A stretch of DNA of 64,000 bases from a virus. Numbering within the stretch: position 1 is the stretch's first letter; each line of letters begins with the position of its first letter. Positions 50,459 to 58,914 of this stretch are shown piece by piece. The position numbers were made by a program, and so were the translations under genes. Where the stretch lies: positions 1 to 64,000 of IMG/VR virus record IMGVR_UViG_3300047546_001496; one strand, 5' to 3'. Below the pieces are notes generated by a model, which did no database searches, was not told where the DNA came from, and worked only from the letters and a program-made list of their open reading frames with translations.

Positions 50459-50965
50459 TTAGCCAATTTGATTTACAGTTAAAATCACTGATGGTATTGC
50501 TGGATGTGATCCTGCAACCTGATAATCCATTTGTATTTGTGTATTATCTGGAGACCACATTAATTCATAATAATCATTTGCAGAAGCATTAACAAAAAAG
50601 TTCCATGCTGCTACTACATATGGGCTATTAGTATTTACTGAAACTCTTGTGTTTGTATCTGCTATTGCTGTACCGTTTTTTGCCAACCAAATATTAACGG
50701 TAGTTCCAGAACCTCCTCCACCATTGTTATGAAGTTGAGCAGAAAAAGCAATATTATATTTACCAGCATTTGCAATAGTAATTCTAGAATTAGAAACAAC
50801 ACTTACACCATTGTTAAAGTCTGTATTGTTTAAAGTTACTGCACCGATTGCATCTTTTGCCAATGATTGGTTTTGTGTACTATAAAAAGATCCGTAATGC
50901 AAATTACTTAATACATTTCCATTACCAGAATCATCGTTAATTCCAGGGTGTGTAAAACGTGCCAT
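50459..50965 (-). CDS. C1q/TNF-like beta-sandwich virion protein
   Basis: YGSFYS...RITIANAGKYNIAFSAQL...NDYYELMW pattern. Confidence 0.55.
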   Translation of the reverse strand: MARFTHPGINDDSGNGNVLSNLHYGSFYSTQNQSLAKDAIGAVTLNNTDFNNGVSVVSNSRITIANAGKYNIAFSAQLHNNGGGGSGTTVNIWLAKNGTAIADTNTRVSVNTNSPYVVAAWNFFVNASANDYYELMWSPDNTQIQMDYQVAGSHPAIPSVILTVNQIG

Positions 50966-51246
50966 TACATTCCTGCTTCTAGTGATGCTTTAAGAACTGC
51001 TAGTTTCATTTCATTAACAGAAGAAATGGCGTATATCGCATCATTTCCATTTAATTCAATTGAGAATGAATGGTTTGGCATAATTCTAAAACCATAGTTT
51101 GTTGATGATACTGTATTTGATCCACCAATATAAATATAACCAGAAGCATTTACATTTTGTAAAGTTATGTCCATTCCAGAATGTTTACCATTTGGAGTAA
51201 GCCTAGTTGATGTTGTGTTTGATAAAGTAATTAATGAGTGATCCAT
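50965..51246 (-). CDS. hypothetical structural protein
   Basis: 93-aa beta-rich ORF coupled to neighbours. Confidence 0.55.
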   Translation of the reverse strand: MDHSLITLSNTTSTRLTPNGKHSGMDITLQNVNASGYIYIGGSNTVSSTNYGFRIMPNHSFSIELNGNDAIYAISSVNEMKLAVLKASLEAGM

Positions 51247-52106
51247 TATGCTTTCCTATACCAACCACTTAAATTAAATCTAAAATATGGCATTAATGTA
51301 GCATTCTGTTCAGATTCTCCAAGAAGATTTACAATATTTGTACATGTAACTGGTTTAAAAGTATCTGTATTAATATTTATATCATTTGGATCTTGATAAT
51401 AAATTGAAATAAAATCAGAATTATTTGTAACAGGTTGATGATTTCCCCATATTGGAACAACTACAGACTCATCTGGACCAAATGGTACTCCTGAAGTATA
51501 ATCATAGTATGGTTCTGCATCTGCTCTTATAAATAATCTACCAAAACTGTTAGTTGATGAAAGCGTTGGAACATAACCATTTATATTAATATTGATTAAT
51601 GGTGCAACTTCAAATGGTGGCGCAGTTATTGACCAAGCGTGATTTGGGCTTGTTTCTTCATTAGGAAAACCAATTAAATGAACATCCCAAAATACAATAT
51701 CTCCAATTACACGATATGTACCCAAACTACTTAAAGTTTGTCCATCCATAGAACGATTTACTATTTCATTTTGTGAATAAAAATTTGTTTCCCAAGTTCC
51801 TTGCTCATATAAATTACTCTGTCCTTTTGCAGCAAGTAAATCCCAGAATGGTCCTTCTGAGGGAGTATCTCCAACATTTCCACCATTTGCATTTTTGCGA
51901 TACCAGAGTTGTCCGTCATATGTTACAACATCACCAATCACATAAGATGCACCTGGATTGTATTCTCCATTGTAATACCAAACAGCGTCAGCACCTGCTG
52001 GACCTGTTGCACCTGTTTCACCTTGAGGACCTTGTGGGCCTACTGCTCCTGTTTCGCCTTGCTGTCCTTCTGCGCCTGGCATAGGAACAATCTTAATTAC
52101 TGCCAT
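51246..52106 (-). CDS. collagen-like protein with small carbohydrate-binding-like module
   Basis: Gly-X-Y tract followed by YNPGASYVIGDVVTYDGQLW (CBM5/12-like). Confidence 0.65.
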   Translation of the reverse strand: MAVIKIVPMPGAEGQQGETGAVGPQGPQGETGATGPAGADAVWYYNGEYNPGASYVIGDVVTYDGQLWYRKNANGGNVGDTPSEGPFWDLLAAKGQSNLYEQGTWETNFYSQNEIVNRSMDGQTLSSLGTYRVIGDIVFWDVHLIGFPNEETSPNHAWSITAPPFEVAPLINININGYVPTLSSTNSFGRLFIRADAEPYYDYTSGVPFGPDESVVVPIWGNHQPVTNNSDFISIYYQDPNDININTDTFKPVTCTNIVNLLGESEQNATLMPYFRFNLSGWYRKA

Positions 52107-52504
52107 TATAAAGTACCTCCTGGTGTAACATCACCTAATACATAAATAGTTCCAATAACTGGAGTCCACACTGTGTCTTCAATTTCGTTTGGAATAATAA
52201 CTTGTAAATCAAAAGGAAGTTCTGCAACATTTGCTGCATACTTCAATCCCCAATTTTTAGTTACTGAGGGATAAGCAGTAATATCAACATAACCAGGTTC
52301 TGATGCACAATCGAGGGCATCTAGTAAATCTCCAGACTGATCATATGCTGTTGCTCTATAAATCCATCCCTCAGTATCGTAGTAAGTAGATTCATCATCT
52401 TCGTAAAATGCTATTCGTAATGTTGCGGTATCTCCTCGTACGACTCGCCATTGTATATTTGCTGGATCAGCACCAAATTTTTCGGGAGCACAGAGATTTG
52501 CCAT
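52106..52504 (-). CDS. BppU-N-like protein
   Basis: WRVVRGDTATLRI...FDLQV; likely start MANLC at 52504 after TGGTATAAT. Confidence 0.55.
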   Translation of the reverse strand: MANLCAPEKFGADPANIQWRVVRGDTATLRIAFYEDDESTYYDTEGWIYRATAYDQSGDLLDALDCASEPGYVDITAYPSVTKNWGLKYAANVAELPFDLQVIIPNEIEDTVWTPVIGTIYVLGDVTPGGTL

Positions 52505-52621
52505 AATAGAAAGATTATACCATGAAATATAGACTTGCCCCATGATCGGTGGGTATGAGAGACAGATCACGGGGACAAGCAATTAAAAGTATATCATAAC
52601 AGACAAAACGGACATATGTGT

Positions 52622-52650
52622 TTGCAATAGAAAATTACTTATGGTATAGT
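52622..52650 (+). promoter_or_regulatory. sigma70-type promoter with no downstream ORF
   Basis: TTGCAA-17nt-TATAGT with TGn extension. Confidence 0.65.
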
Positions 52651-52656
52651 GTTTAA

Positions 52657-52760
52657 ATGGGTTTGTAGGGGCTTTGCACTGAGAGATATGCAACGCTCCC
52701 TTTCTCACCATTAGATTGCAATATAAAAATCTATGGGGGGAGGGGGGGCTTTCCCTAAAA
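52657..52760 (+). ncRNA. candidate structured RNA / replication primer transcript
   Basis: Nested inverted repeats ATGG/CCAT, AGGGG/TCCCT, TTGCA/TGCAA and TAGATT/AATCTA, then G6AG7; only a 3-codon ORF. Confidence 0.4.
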
Positions 52761-52790
52761 GATAAACTTTATATATATTATATATAGTAA

Positions 52791-53066
52791 TTACTTATCG
52801 GTTTTTGCAATGTGATTTAGCAAAACATCAAACATCTTATCGATTTTTTCATGAAGGCGTTTTCTATCTTCTTCTGCTTCTTCTGATTTTTTTTCTAGTC
52901 TATTAATTTGATCTTTCAAACTGGATCCCCCATTAGGCTTAAACTCTGCTTTCATTTCAGCAAAATAATTTTTTACAAGAAACTTGATTGCAAAGGCAAT
53001 ACCTGATAGAATAGTTCCTATACCTATAATTATTTCGATTATTAAAGCAGTGCCATCGAATATCAT
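52791..53066 (-). CDS. single-TM membrane protein, holin-like
   Basis: Hydrophobic N-terminal helix followed by KPNGGSSLKDQINRLE coiled coil, typical of actinophage membrane proteins. Confidence 0.6.
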   Translation of the reverse strand: MIFDGTALIIEIIIGIGTILSGIAFAIKFLVKNYFAEMKAEFKPNGGSSLKDQINRLEKKSEEAEEDRKRLHEKIDKMFDVLLNHIAKTDK

Positions 53067-53099
53067 GATAGGCACAATTATAACAGGAGTTTTTATAAA

Positions 53100-53867
53100 A
53101 TGAAATCTGAAATACTGGCAACGCTAGAGTATTCTAAAAATTTAATAATCTCGCCAGACATGGACGGTTTTGTTTCGGCGCAGTTATTAAATCGTTATAA
53201 CGGATATAAAGTCGTAGGCACATATGACAAGAATGTTCTTTGCCTTTCGCCAGGAATTAGTCCTAGAGATTGTTTGTTCGTTGACTGCGATATGAATCAT
53301 CCAGATTATGTTTCAATTGGCAATCATATGCGTTTGCAAAATGATAATATGTCGTCGAAAAGTTTTAACCCCAATATTCATTTTGGCATAACTAAGTACA
53401 GCGACAAGTTTCCATTTGCTACAGCATATTTGATTGCATACGCAACAGGAATTAAAACATCGGCGACAGAGATGATACGCATGGCCTACGCTGACTCCAC
53501 CCTACGCAATATGGAATCTTACAGCGAGAACATGCGAACATGGTCTGATAGGATGAATTGTCCTGCAGTAGAATATGTTATCCACAACACAAATGTTGCC
53601 AAGGAAATTGACGAGGGTATACGGAACATTTATACCAAACAATCCTTCACTAATCGTCAATATGGCAAAACCCGATATATACAGGAATTGTCCAAAAACC
53701 TTATAGCCGAAAATGTTTCACATGAAACAATCAATAGGGCATATAAATATAAAACCGATAAAGTAGGTTTGACAACCGTAAAGAAATATATGTGTGATAT
53801 TTTCTCATATGCTGAAGTATTCGGAGGAGAGTATTCTATTACGTATTATGATCGTATGGAGTGGTAA
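53100..53867 (+). CDS. DHH-superfamily-like phosphoesterase
   Basis: SPDMDG, FVDCD, GNH and YADS motifs resemble DHH motifs I-IV. Confidence 0.45.
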   Translation: MKSEILATLEYSKNLIISPDMDGFVSAQLLNRYNGYKVVGTYDKNVLCLSPGISPRDCLFVDCDMNHPDYVSIGNHMRLQNDNMSSKSFNPNIHFGITKYSDKFPFATAYLIAYATGIKTSATEMIRMAYADSTLRNMESYSENMRTWSDRMNCPAVEYVIHNTNVAKEIDEGIRNIYTKQSFTNRQYGKTRYIQELSKNLIAENVSHETINRAYKYKTDKVGLTTVKKYMCDIFSYAEVFGGEYSITYYDRMEW

Positions 53868-54615
53868 TTAGGTTCTTTTTTATTTCAGCAAGAATGAGTT
53901 CTTGACTTTGTCTACCCTCGGCTATTTGGTATCTTTCTTCTAGAGTTAAACCCATCCCGTCTCTTTTTAAAGATTTAAGAAAAGATTGTGCAAGTTCTCT
54001 GATTTGATCAGTCATCATAAATTTTTGAAAAACTATTTTGTCATCTGTCAATGCTTGAAAATAAAATAGATCATCGCCTTCTTTAATTTCAAACCTTGTA
54101 TTATCTGTAGGTACAAACCAATTAAGTACAGCAGGTCGATACCATCTACCAATGTCGAATTCTCCACTAATAAGCATTGCTCCTGGAGATGGAGCAGATG
54201 GTGGATAGTTTGGTGTCGACAATCTGATGGTTAGAGGTTTGTCTGCAAACATTACATAATTAATATCATATATAAGATCTATATATCCATCTATTGCAGA
54301 CTTACGAGATTGTCTTAGTGTTACTTTATTACCAAAGTCTCCTATTGAGCCTATGCTTTGATTGGCTACCGTTTTTAGATACCCTGCAGGAAATTTAGCG
54401 CTATCATTTTTATTTGCCTTGAATGTGTATAGATTTTTAAAGAAAGCACCTGCAGCAGGACAACCAAAAAACCCCATATCCGCATTATCTTTATTTTCTG
54501 GTATATTATTTATAAAATAATTCTTTACTGGCTCTGGATCCTTTAAATACCATTGGTCTGGTGGAGATGGATCTCTCAATGAAGATGACCAGTATATGGT
54601 AGTTATTTCTCGCAT
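53839..54615 (-). CDS. DUF6065/dUTPase-like protein, distant paralogue of 30979..31758
   Basis: GCPA, GEFDIGRWYRP, IKEGDDL motifs. Confidence 0.45.
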   Translation of the reverse strand: MREITTIYWSSSLRDPSPPDQWYLKDPEPVKNYFINNIPENKDNADMGFFGCPAAGAFFKNLYTFKANKNDSAKFPAGYLKTVANQSIGSIGDFGNKVTLRQSRKSAIDGYIDLIYDINYVMFADKPLTIRLSTPNYPPSAPSPGAMLISGEFDIGRWYRPAVLNWFVPTDNTRFEIKEGDDLFYFQALTDDKIVFQKFMMTDQIRELAQSFLKSLKRDGMGLTLEERYQIAEGRQSQELILAEIKKNLITTPYDHNT

Positions 54616-54660
54616 TTATTCAGTATAGCATGATTGAGACTTTTATGATAAACTGTATAG

Positions 54661-54861
54661 GTGGGTGATGATGTTAAGTTCTCTGATTTGTTTGATCCGA
54701 ATCAGCCAAGAAGTGATAGAGACTTAATTGAGTCCCGCCTAAAAATATGCAATGGTTGTGAATTCTTCAATCGTCGTATGGTAAAATGTAAGAAGTGTGG
54801 TTGTTTTATGAAACTTAAGACAACACTAAAAAGCGCAAAATGTCCTATAGGAAAGTGGTGA
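54661..54861 (+). CDS. small Cys-rich protein (DUF6171-like)
   Basis: CNGC...CKKCGCFM...CPIGKW; leaderless GTG after TGATAAACT. Confidence 0.7.
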   Translation: MGDDVKFSDLFDPNQPRSDRDLIESRLKICNGCEFFNRRMVKCKKCGCFMKLKTTLKSAKCPIGKW

Positions 54862-54864
54862 AAT

Positions 54865-55050
54865 ATGAATAAGGAAGAAGTTATTAAATTAATGTTGGAA
54901 AGCATGAATGCTGATAATAGAGAGTTATGTGAAAAGGCTGGAATAAGTTCTGAAGATGCCGAAAAACAAATTTCACAAAGTCAGCCTACATTGATTTTTA
55001 TGTTTGGCAATATTTACGAAAAACTAAAAAGCAACAATATTATTGCTTAG
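54865..55050 (+). CDS. hypothetical protein
   Basis: 61-aa ORF 3 nt after the previous stop. Confidence 0.6.
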   Translation: MNKEEVIKLMLESMNADNRELCEKAGISSEDAEKQISQSQPTLIFMFGNIYEKLKSNNIIA

Positions 55051-55051
55051 T

Positions 55052-55171
55052 TTATGATTCTTGTACATTAACTGCAGGAGCCTCATCAGTTTCCAAAGGC
55101 TTGGAACGGTGAGGTTCTGTGCATGTGCAAGCATTGCAACATTTTAATTCAGATACTGGTGTTTCGCTCAT
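55052..55171 (-). CDS. 39-aa peptide with CCxxCxC motif
   Basis: Hand translation MSETPVSELKCCNACTCTEPH...; ATG 7 nt after TGCTATAAT. Confidence 0.55.
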   Translation of the reverse strand: MSETPVSELKCCNACTCTEPHRSKPLETDEAPAVNVQES

Positions 55172-55188
55172 GTGGATTATTATAGCAC

Positions 55189-55338
55189 CTATTTATCGTT
55201 CATGCAGGAACAATTATCACAGCATGCTTCTTTAAATATTTTTAATGCCAAACCATCGTTTTCTGGCCTACCTAGATCTTCCCAGAATTTCTCTCTGCCC
55301 ATATTGTCATTTTCTGAAATTTTTTGTGATTCTGTCAT
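55189..55338 (-). CDS. 49-aa peptide with CCxxCxC motif
   Basis: Hand translation MTESQK...EACCDNCSCMNDK; ATGA overlap with upstream gene. Confidence 0.55.
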   Translation of the reverse strand: MTESQKISENDNMGREKFWEDLGRPENDGLALKIFKEACCDNCSCMNDK

Positions 55339-55505
55339 ATTGACCACCACCCTACCTCTTTGTATGCCAAAGGATTCTCCTTAAGCCATTGTTGTCTTAG
55401 TTTGTTTTCTTTCTTCCAGTCAGTTTCATGACTGTCCCCGCCACAATACTGGCATGGGTTCTGTCCCACATTTCTATAGACATGTTGGCAATGTTCAAAT
55501 GGCAT
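55335..55505 (-). CDS. small zinc-finger-like protein
   Basis: MPFEHCQH...CQYCG; leaderless after TGGTATAAT. Confidence 0.6.
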   Translation of the reverse strand: MPFEHCQHVYRNVGQNPCQYCGGDSHETDWKKENKLRQQWLKENPLAYKEVGWWSI

Positions 55506-55621
55506 GGATCCATTATACCAAAAATCTGAATTTTTTGTTAAAGTGTATGATGCAAGAAATAAAAATAAAAAGATCAAAAAAATAGTGAGCACATAAGCCC
55601 ACCATTTTTTATTTATTTTTT

Positions 55622-55816
55622 TTAGATGTTTTCTCTAGATTTTGTGCCTACTACCCACCCGCTATGAATACCCACTAGTGGGGCATCAATACAAACAGCA
55701 TAGCCTTTCGGTAATTGAGCAGGAAAGTAAGCGACAAACTTTTCAACATGCTCTCGGTTATAGAATGGAATTGTTTTAGTTTCTCCATTAGTCGTTGTTA
55801 GTTTTACTTGTATCAT
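55622..55816 (-). CDS. hypothetical protein
   Basis: 64-aa ORF with AGGAG RBS. Confidence 0.6.
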   Translation of the reverse strand: MIQVKLTTTNGETKTIPFYNREHVEKFVAYFPAQLPKGYAVCIDAPLVGIHSGWVVGTKSRENI

Positions 55817-55935
55817 TTTTATTTTCTCCTAATTTTATTCTATCATTTGTTTTTGTGTAATGGCTTCTATCATAGTTAGAAAGAGTGCCACCTCTCGCAA
55901 GGTGGGCTTTTCTGCGTAGTTGCTCTGCTGAGTAG

Positions 55936-56055
55936 TTAGCCATTGGCTACACACTCGCATGGCTCTATGTTGTAATCTTGGGCATCACCATAGAAAACAT
56001 AGCCTCTACCATAACAGGTAGAGCAATCAAAACTTAGTGTTTTGTAGAGTTTCAT
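55936..56055 (-). CDS. 39-aa zinc-ribbon peptide
   Basis: Hand translation ...CSTCYGRGYVFYGDAQDYNIEPCEC...; GAAAGGA RBS; paralogue of 59872..60084. Confidence 0.6.
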   Translation of the reverse strand: MKLYKTLSFDCSTCYGRGYVFYGDAQDYNIEPCECVANG

Positions 56056-56436
56056 TTTTTATCCTTTCTATTTCACAAAATACAATAATGGGCAAACAAC
56101 ACCAACAACAATTAGAACAATCGCTAGTGCGTATTCTTCAACAAACATTTCTAGATTTTCTAGTAGGTCAAACATTTATTTCACCAAACTTTCTAATTCG
56201 TCAATTCTTACACTTTGGACAGTGTATCCATGTTCTACTAGACTATCTAGTAGGTCATTTATTTGAGTTTCATTTAGCATGAACTTATCTAGGGTGGTCA
56301 ATTCCACACCCTCTTTTTCTACTGTGTAACTTAGTTTTAGCATTTTCTTTTGCTACCTTTCTTTTTAGTAATCTAATCTTATACCCTGCCACTGACAAAT
56401 TGGGGTGTCTGTGGGGTGTGTCCCCTGTGATTTACC

Positions 56437-56616
56437 TCACAAACCTACTATGTCTGTACCATAGTAGTCTATGGCTTGAGGTAGCCTCATCATACCCTTG
56501 TATTCTCTACAACTAGGGCAGAAAGCGTTCCACCCGTCTGTTATTGTTGAACAAAATACACAAACCTTATCCATGGCGCATAAGCCATTTTTTTCTATAA
56601 ATTCCATTGTATCCAT
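56437..56616 (-). CDS. small zinc-finger protein
   Basis: CVFC...CPSC; AAAGAAAGGA RBS before MDTMEF. Confidence 0.6.
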   Translation of the reverse strand: MDTMEFIEKNGLCAMDKVCVFCSTITDGWNAFCPSCREYKGMMRLPQAIDYYGTDIVGL

Positions 56617-56686
56617 TTTTAGTTTTCCTTTCTTTTTGTTATAGGAGAATAATAACACAGAGGACTGACAAAATCAAGCCCTGCTT

Positions 56687-56870
56687 CGGCGTGTCGCTAA
56701 ACTATTTTTGTGGTGTTAGTCACATGTCCAATATGTCCGAATTCACGTGCCCTGTGGATAACTATGTGGATAACCTAGTGTGGTATAGGTCACATGTGAG
56801 GTATATCACAATGTCCGATTTATCCTATTTATACCCTCGAAAATGTCAGACCCCTATGTTAGGATACTTG
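56687..56870. promoter_or_regulatory. divergent early control region with three CRP-like palindromes, two DnaA boxes and a GACAC motif
   Basis: CGGCGTGTCG 56687; TGTG[AG]-N6-TCACA at 56709, 56779 and 56795; TGTGGATAA at 56753 and 56765. Confidence 0.7.
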
Positions 56871-56898
56871 TATTAGATAAAAAAGAAAGGACAATAAA

Positions 56899-57132
56899 AT
56901 GTCACTAGAAAAAAAATTAGATAAAGTAATCGCTTCAGGCTACCAAGCATGGAGCCATGTTCCACAATTCTACAATGACTACAATGAAAAGGGTAATGAC
57001 CCTACTTGTAAGCATGAAACTTGGACAGATAAGTGGGGCGTATCAACACGCCAACCTTACTTCAATAGATACTGCGATACCTGCGGATACCGAAAGTTAT
57101 TCGTAAAATACGCTAAGTATTGTAAGAAATAA
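56899..57132 (+). CDS. hypothetical protein with CxH...CxxC
   Basis: 77 aa; AAAGAAAGGA RBS. Confidence 0.65.
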   Translation: MSLEKKLDKVIASGYQAWSHVPQFYNDYNEKGNDPTCKHETWTDKWGVSTRQPYFNRYCDTCGYRKLFVKYAKYCKK

Positions 57133-57147
57133 AAAATAAATAAAAAT

Positions 57148-57185
57148 CCTGTGAGCCTTACTAAATAAGTAAGCAAATAATCAGG
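57148..57185 (+). ncRNA. structured RNA element, UGAGC/CAAAUAA internal-loop hairpin (copy 1)
   Basis: CCTG-TGAGC-CTTACT-AAATA-AGTAAG-CAAATAAT-CAGG. Confidence 0.5.
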
Positions 57186-57222
57186 TCAGCAAAAGAAAAT
57201 CTCTTGAAAGGAGAATTGTAAA

Positions 57223-57432
57223 ATGAGTAAATTAGAAATTTTTCGTATAAATGAAAATGGTGCTGGTTGGGTTGATTTTAATCAGGCTACTACTAGCGAA
57301 TTGTTAGATGTTGAATTAGGTTTAATAACTAATCAAATAAAAATGAATTGTTTCAAATGCCATGTAGAAATTCCTCGTGGTAATGTTTGTGTAAATCATA
57401 AAGATGTGAAAGGGGGAATTTACCTTGACTAA
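57223..57432 (+). CDS. hypothetical protein with C-terminal Cys/His cluster
   Basis: 69 aa; GAAAGGAG RBS. Confidence 0.65.
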   Translation: MSKLEIFRINENGAGWVDFNQATTSELLDVELGLITNQIKMNCFKCHVEIPRGNVCVNHKDVKGGIYLD

Positions 57433-57642
57433 AAAAAATGTTCTTATCAGTTTCATAACTGAATCAGATACAGACTTAGGTGCTGTGTTTGATCTAAATA
57501 AAATCTTTCTAGCGTTGTCAGAAAACGATTTGAAAAAGTTTGATGTATTTGATGTTCTAGATGTTGTAGAATAAAAATAAAAATTGCGGAACTAAAAATT
57601 CCGCAAAAATTCACGTCAATGTCCGATTTGCACCTTTTGCGG

Positions 57643-57708
57643 TGTGGTCTAAATCACACACGACACGCCGAGAAATAATTTGACTTTTTGAGATTTTTGT
57701 GATAGTAT
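57643..57708 (+). promoter_or_regulatory. early promoter with CRP-like site and GACAC motif
   Basis: TGTGG-N6-TCACA 57643; CGACACGCCG 57661; TTGACT-17nt-TAGTAT. Confidence 0.7.
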
Positions 57709-57728
57709 TCTACTATAACAATTAAATA

Positions 57729-57781
57729 AGGGTATGAGCCTAGCAAATAATCCGAAAGGTGAGCCTAGCGAATAAGACCCT
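57729..57781 (+). ncRNA. structured RNA element with two symmetric UGAGC/CRAAUAA internal loops and GAAA tetraloop
   Basis: AGGGT-ATGAGC-CTAG-CAAATAAT-CC-GAAA-GG-TGAGC-CTAG-CGAATAAG-ACCCT. Confidence 0.55.
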
Positions 57782-57811
57782 AAAACTACTAAAGAAAGGT
57801 TGGTTCAACTT

Positions 57812-57910
57812 ATGGACTATTTAGACTACATGGACGAAATCTATGAGGAACTCGTCTCAGAATTTGGACACGAAATTGAAGAAAAGTGTGAGCATAATCA
57901 CACCGCCTAA
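57812..57910 (+). CDS. 32-aa acidic peptide
   Basis: Hand translation MDYLDYMDEIYEELVSEFGHEIEEKCEHNHTA; AAAGAAAGG RBS. Confidence 0.55.
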   Translation: MDYLDYMDEIYEELVSEFGHEIEEKCEHNHTA

Positions 57911-57984
57911 GCGTGTTTCAGATTTGACTTTTTGACAAAAAAATGAAATAATAGATTTATTAGAAACTAAAGAAAGGAAAACTA

Positions 57985-58185
57985 ATGTCTGCTAATTTAT
58001 ACTCAATTGAAAGCCTACTAATAGGCAAAACTTATCGCTCAAAAACCCTAACAGGTGAAATCATTTCAGCAGAAAAACACCCTGCTTGTGTATGGTATGA
58101 CAACGCTGAGGCGTATCTTGTCGGTGTTCGTAGCGAGGGTGGGCGTTATACCTACCGCACTATCGCAGTTAGGAATAATGACTAA
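57985..58185 (+). CDS. small beta-barrel-like protein, paralogue of 59063..59263
   Basis: YSIExLLxG..Y...GEI..AEK..VW...AY...TIAV shared between the two. Confidence 0.7.
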   Translation: MSANLYSIESLLIGKTYRSKTLTGEIISAEKHPACVWYDNAEAYLVGVRSEGGRYTYRTIAVRNND

Positions 58186-58302
58186 TGAAATTAGATGAAT
58201 TCAAGAAACTTGTTGAAAGCCAGCGAGAAATTACTCGCTTGACTAACTTAGAGAAAATCGCTACAATTGTCAATAACACTAAAGAAAAGGAAAAGAACTA
58301 AA

Positions 58303-58560
58303 ATGACAAACTTCACTTATACAGACTACCACTTTACAGCAGACGGAATAAATTTTGTCTCTCGTATCGCTGACCATTCGCCATTCTTAGGCGCACTAAA
58401 AAATATTCCTGCTGAACAATTTATTGAAATGAATATTCAAGCCGTTCAAGAATTACTAGGCAGACCTTCACTAATGACGCAGGCAGAAATTCTCGCAGAA
58501 TTAGAGCGTGTCAATGAAGGCGCAACTCATTCATGGATTTTGTTAGGAGCGAACGCCTAA
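58303..58560 (+). CDS. hypothetical protein
   Basis: AAAGAAAAGGA RBS before MTNFTY. Confidence 0.6.
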   Translation: MTNFTYTDYHFTADGINFVSRIADHSPFLGALKNIPAEQFIEMNIQAVQELLGRPSLMTQAEILAELERVNEGATHSWILLGANA

Positions 58561-58751
58561 TGATGACAAGAAAAGACTATGTAAAAACTTCAAACATCCT
58601 AAAAGGATTTGTGGATGAAATTCATCCGCAGGTCTTTGAGGATTTAGTAGAAGAATTTGCTCAATACTTTCAAAGCGACAATGAAAGATTTGACAAAGCA
58701 AAATTTGAAAAGGCTTGTGGCGTTGATGAAATTGGTTTAATTCCTGTCTAA
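58560..58751 (+). CDS. hypothetical phage protein (MTRKDY...DNERFD..KF..AC type)
   Basis: TAATG coupling to the previous gene. Confidence 0.65.
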   Translation: MMTRKDYVKTSNILKGFVDEIHPQVFEDLVEEFAQYFQSDNERFDKAKFEKACGVDEIGLIPV

Positions 58752-58914
58752 TGCCTAAAACAAAATTCGCTACTTGTGAGATCTGCGGAAGAATTTTTGT
58801 CGCAGATCTAAAATGTTTTGCATGTGCTGCAAAAAATAATTAAGTAGCGAATATTTTTTTTCCTGGAATTTGCTGCTAAAAAATTTTTTCAAAAAAAATG
58901 ACGTCCCGCACTCG

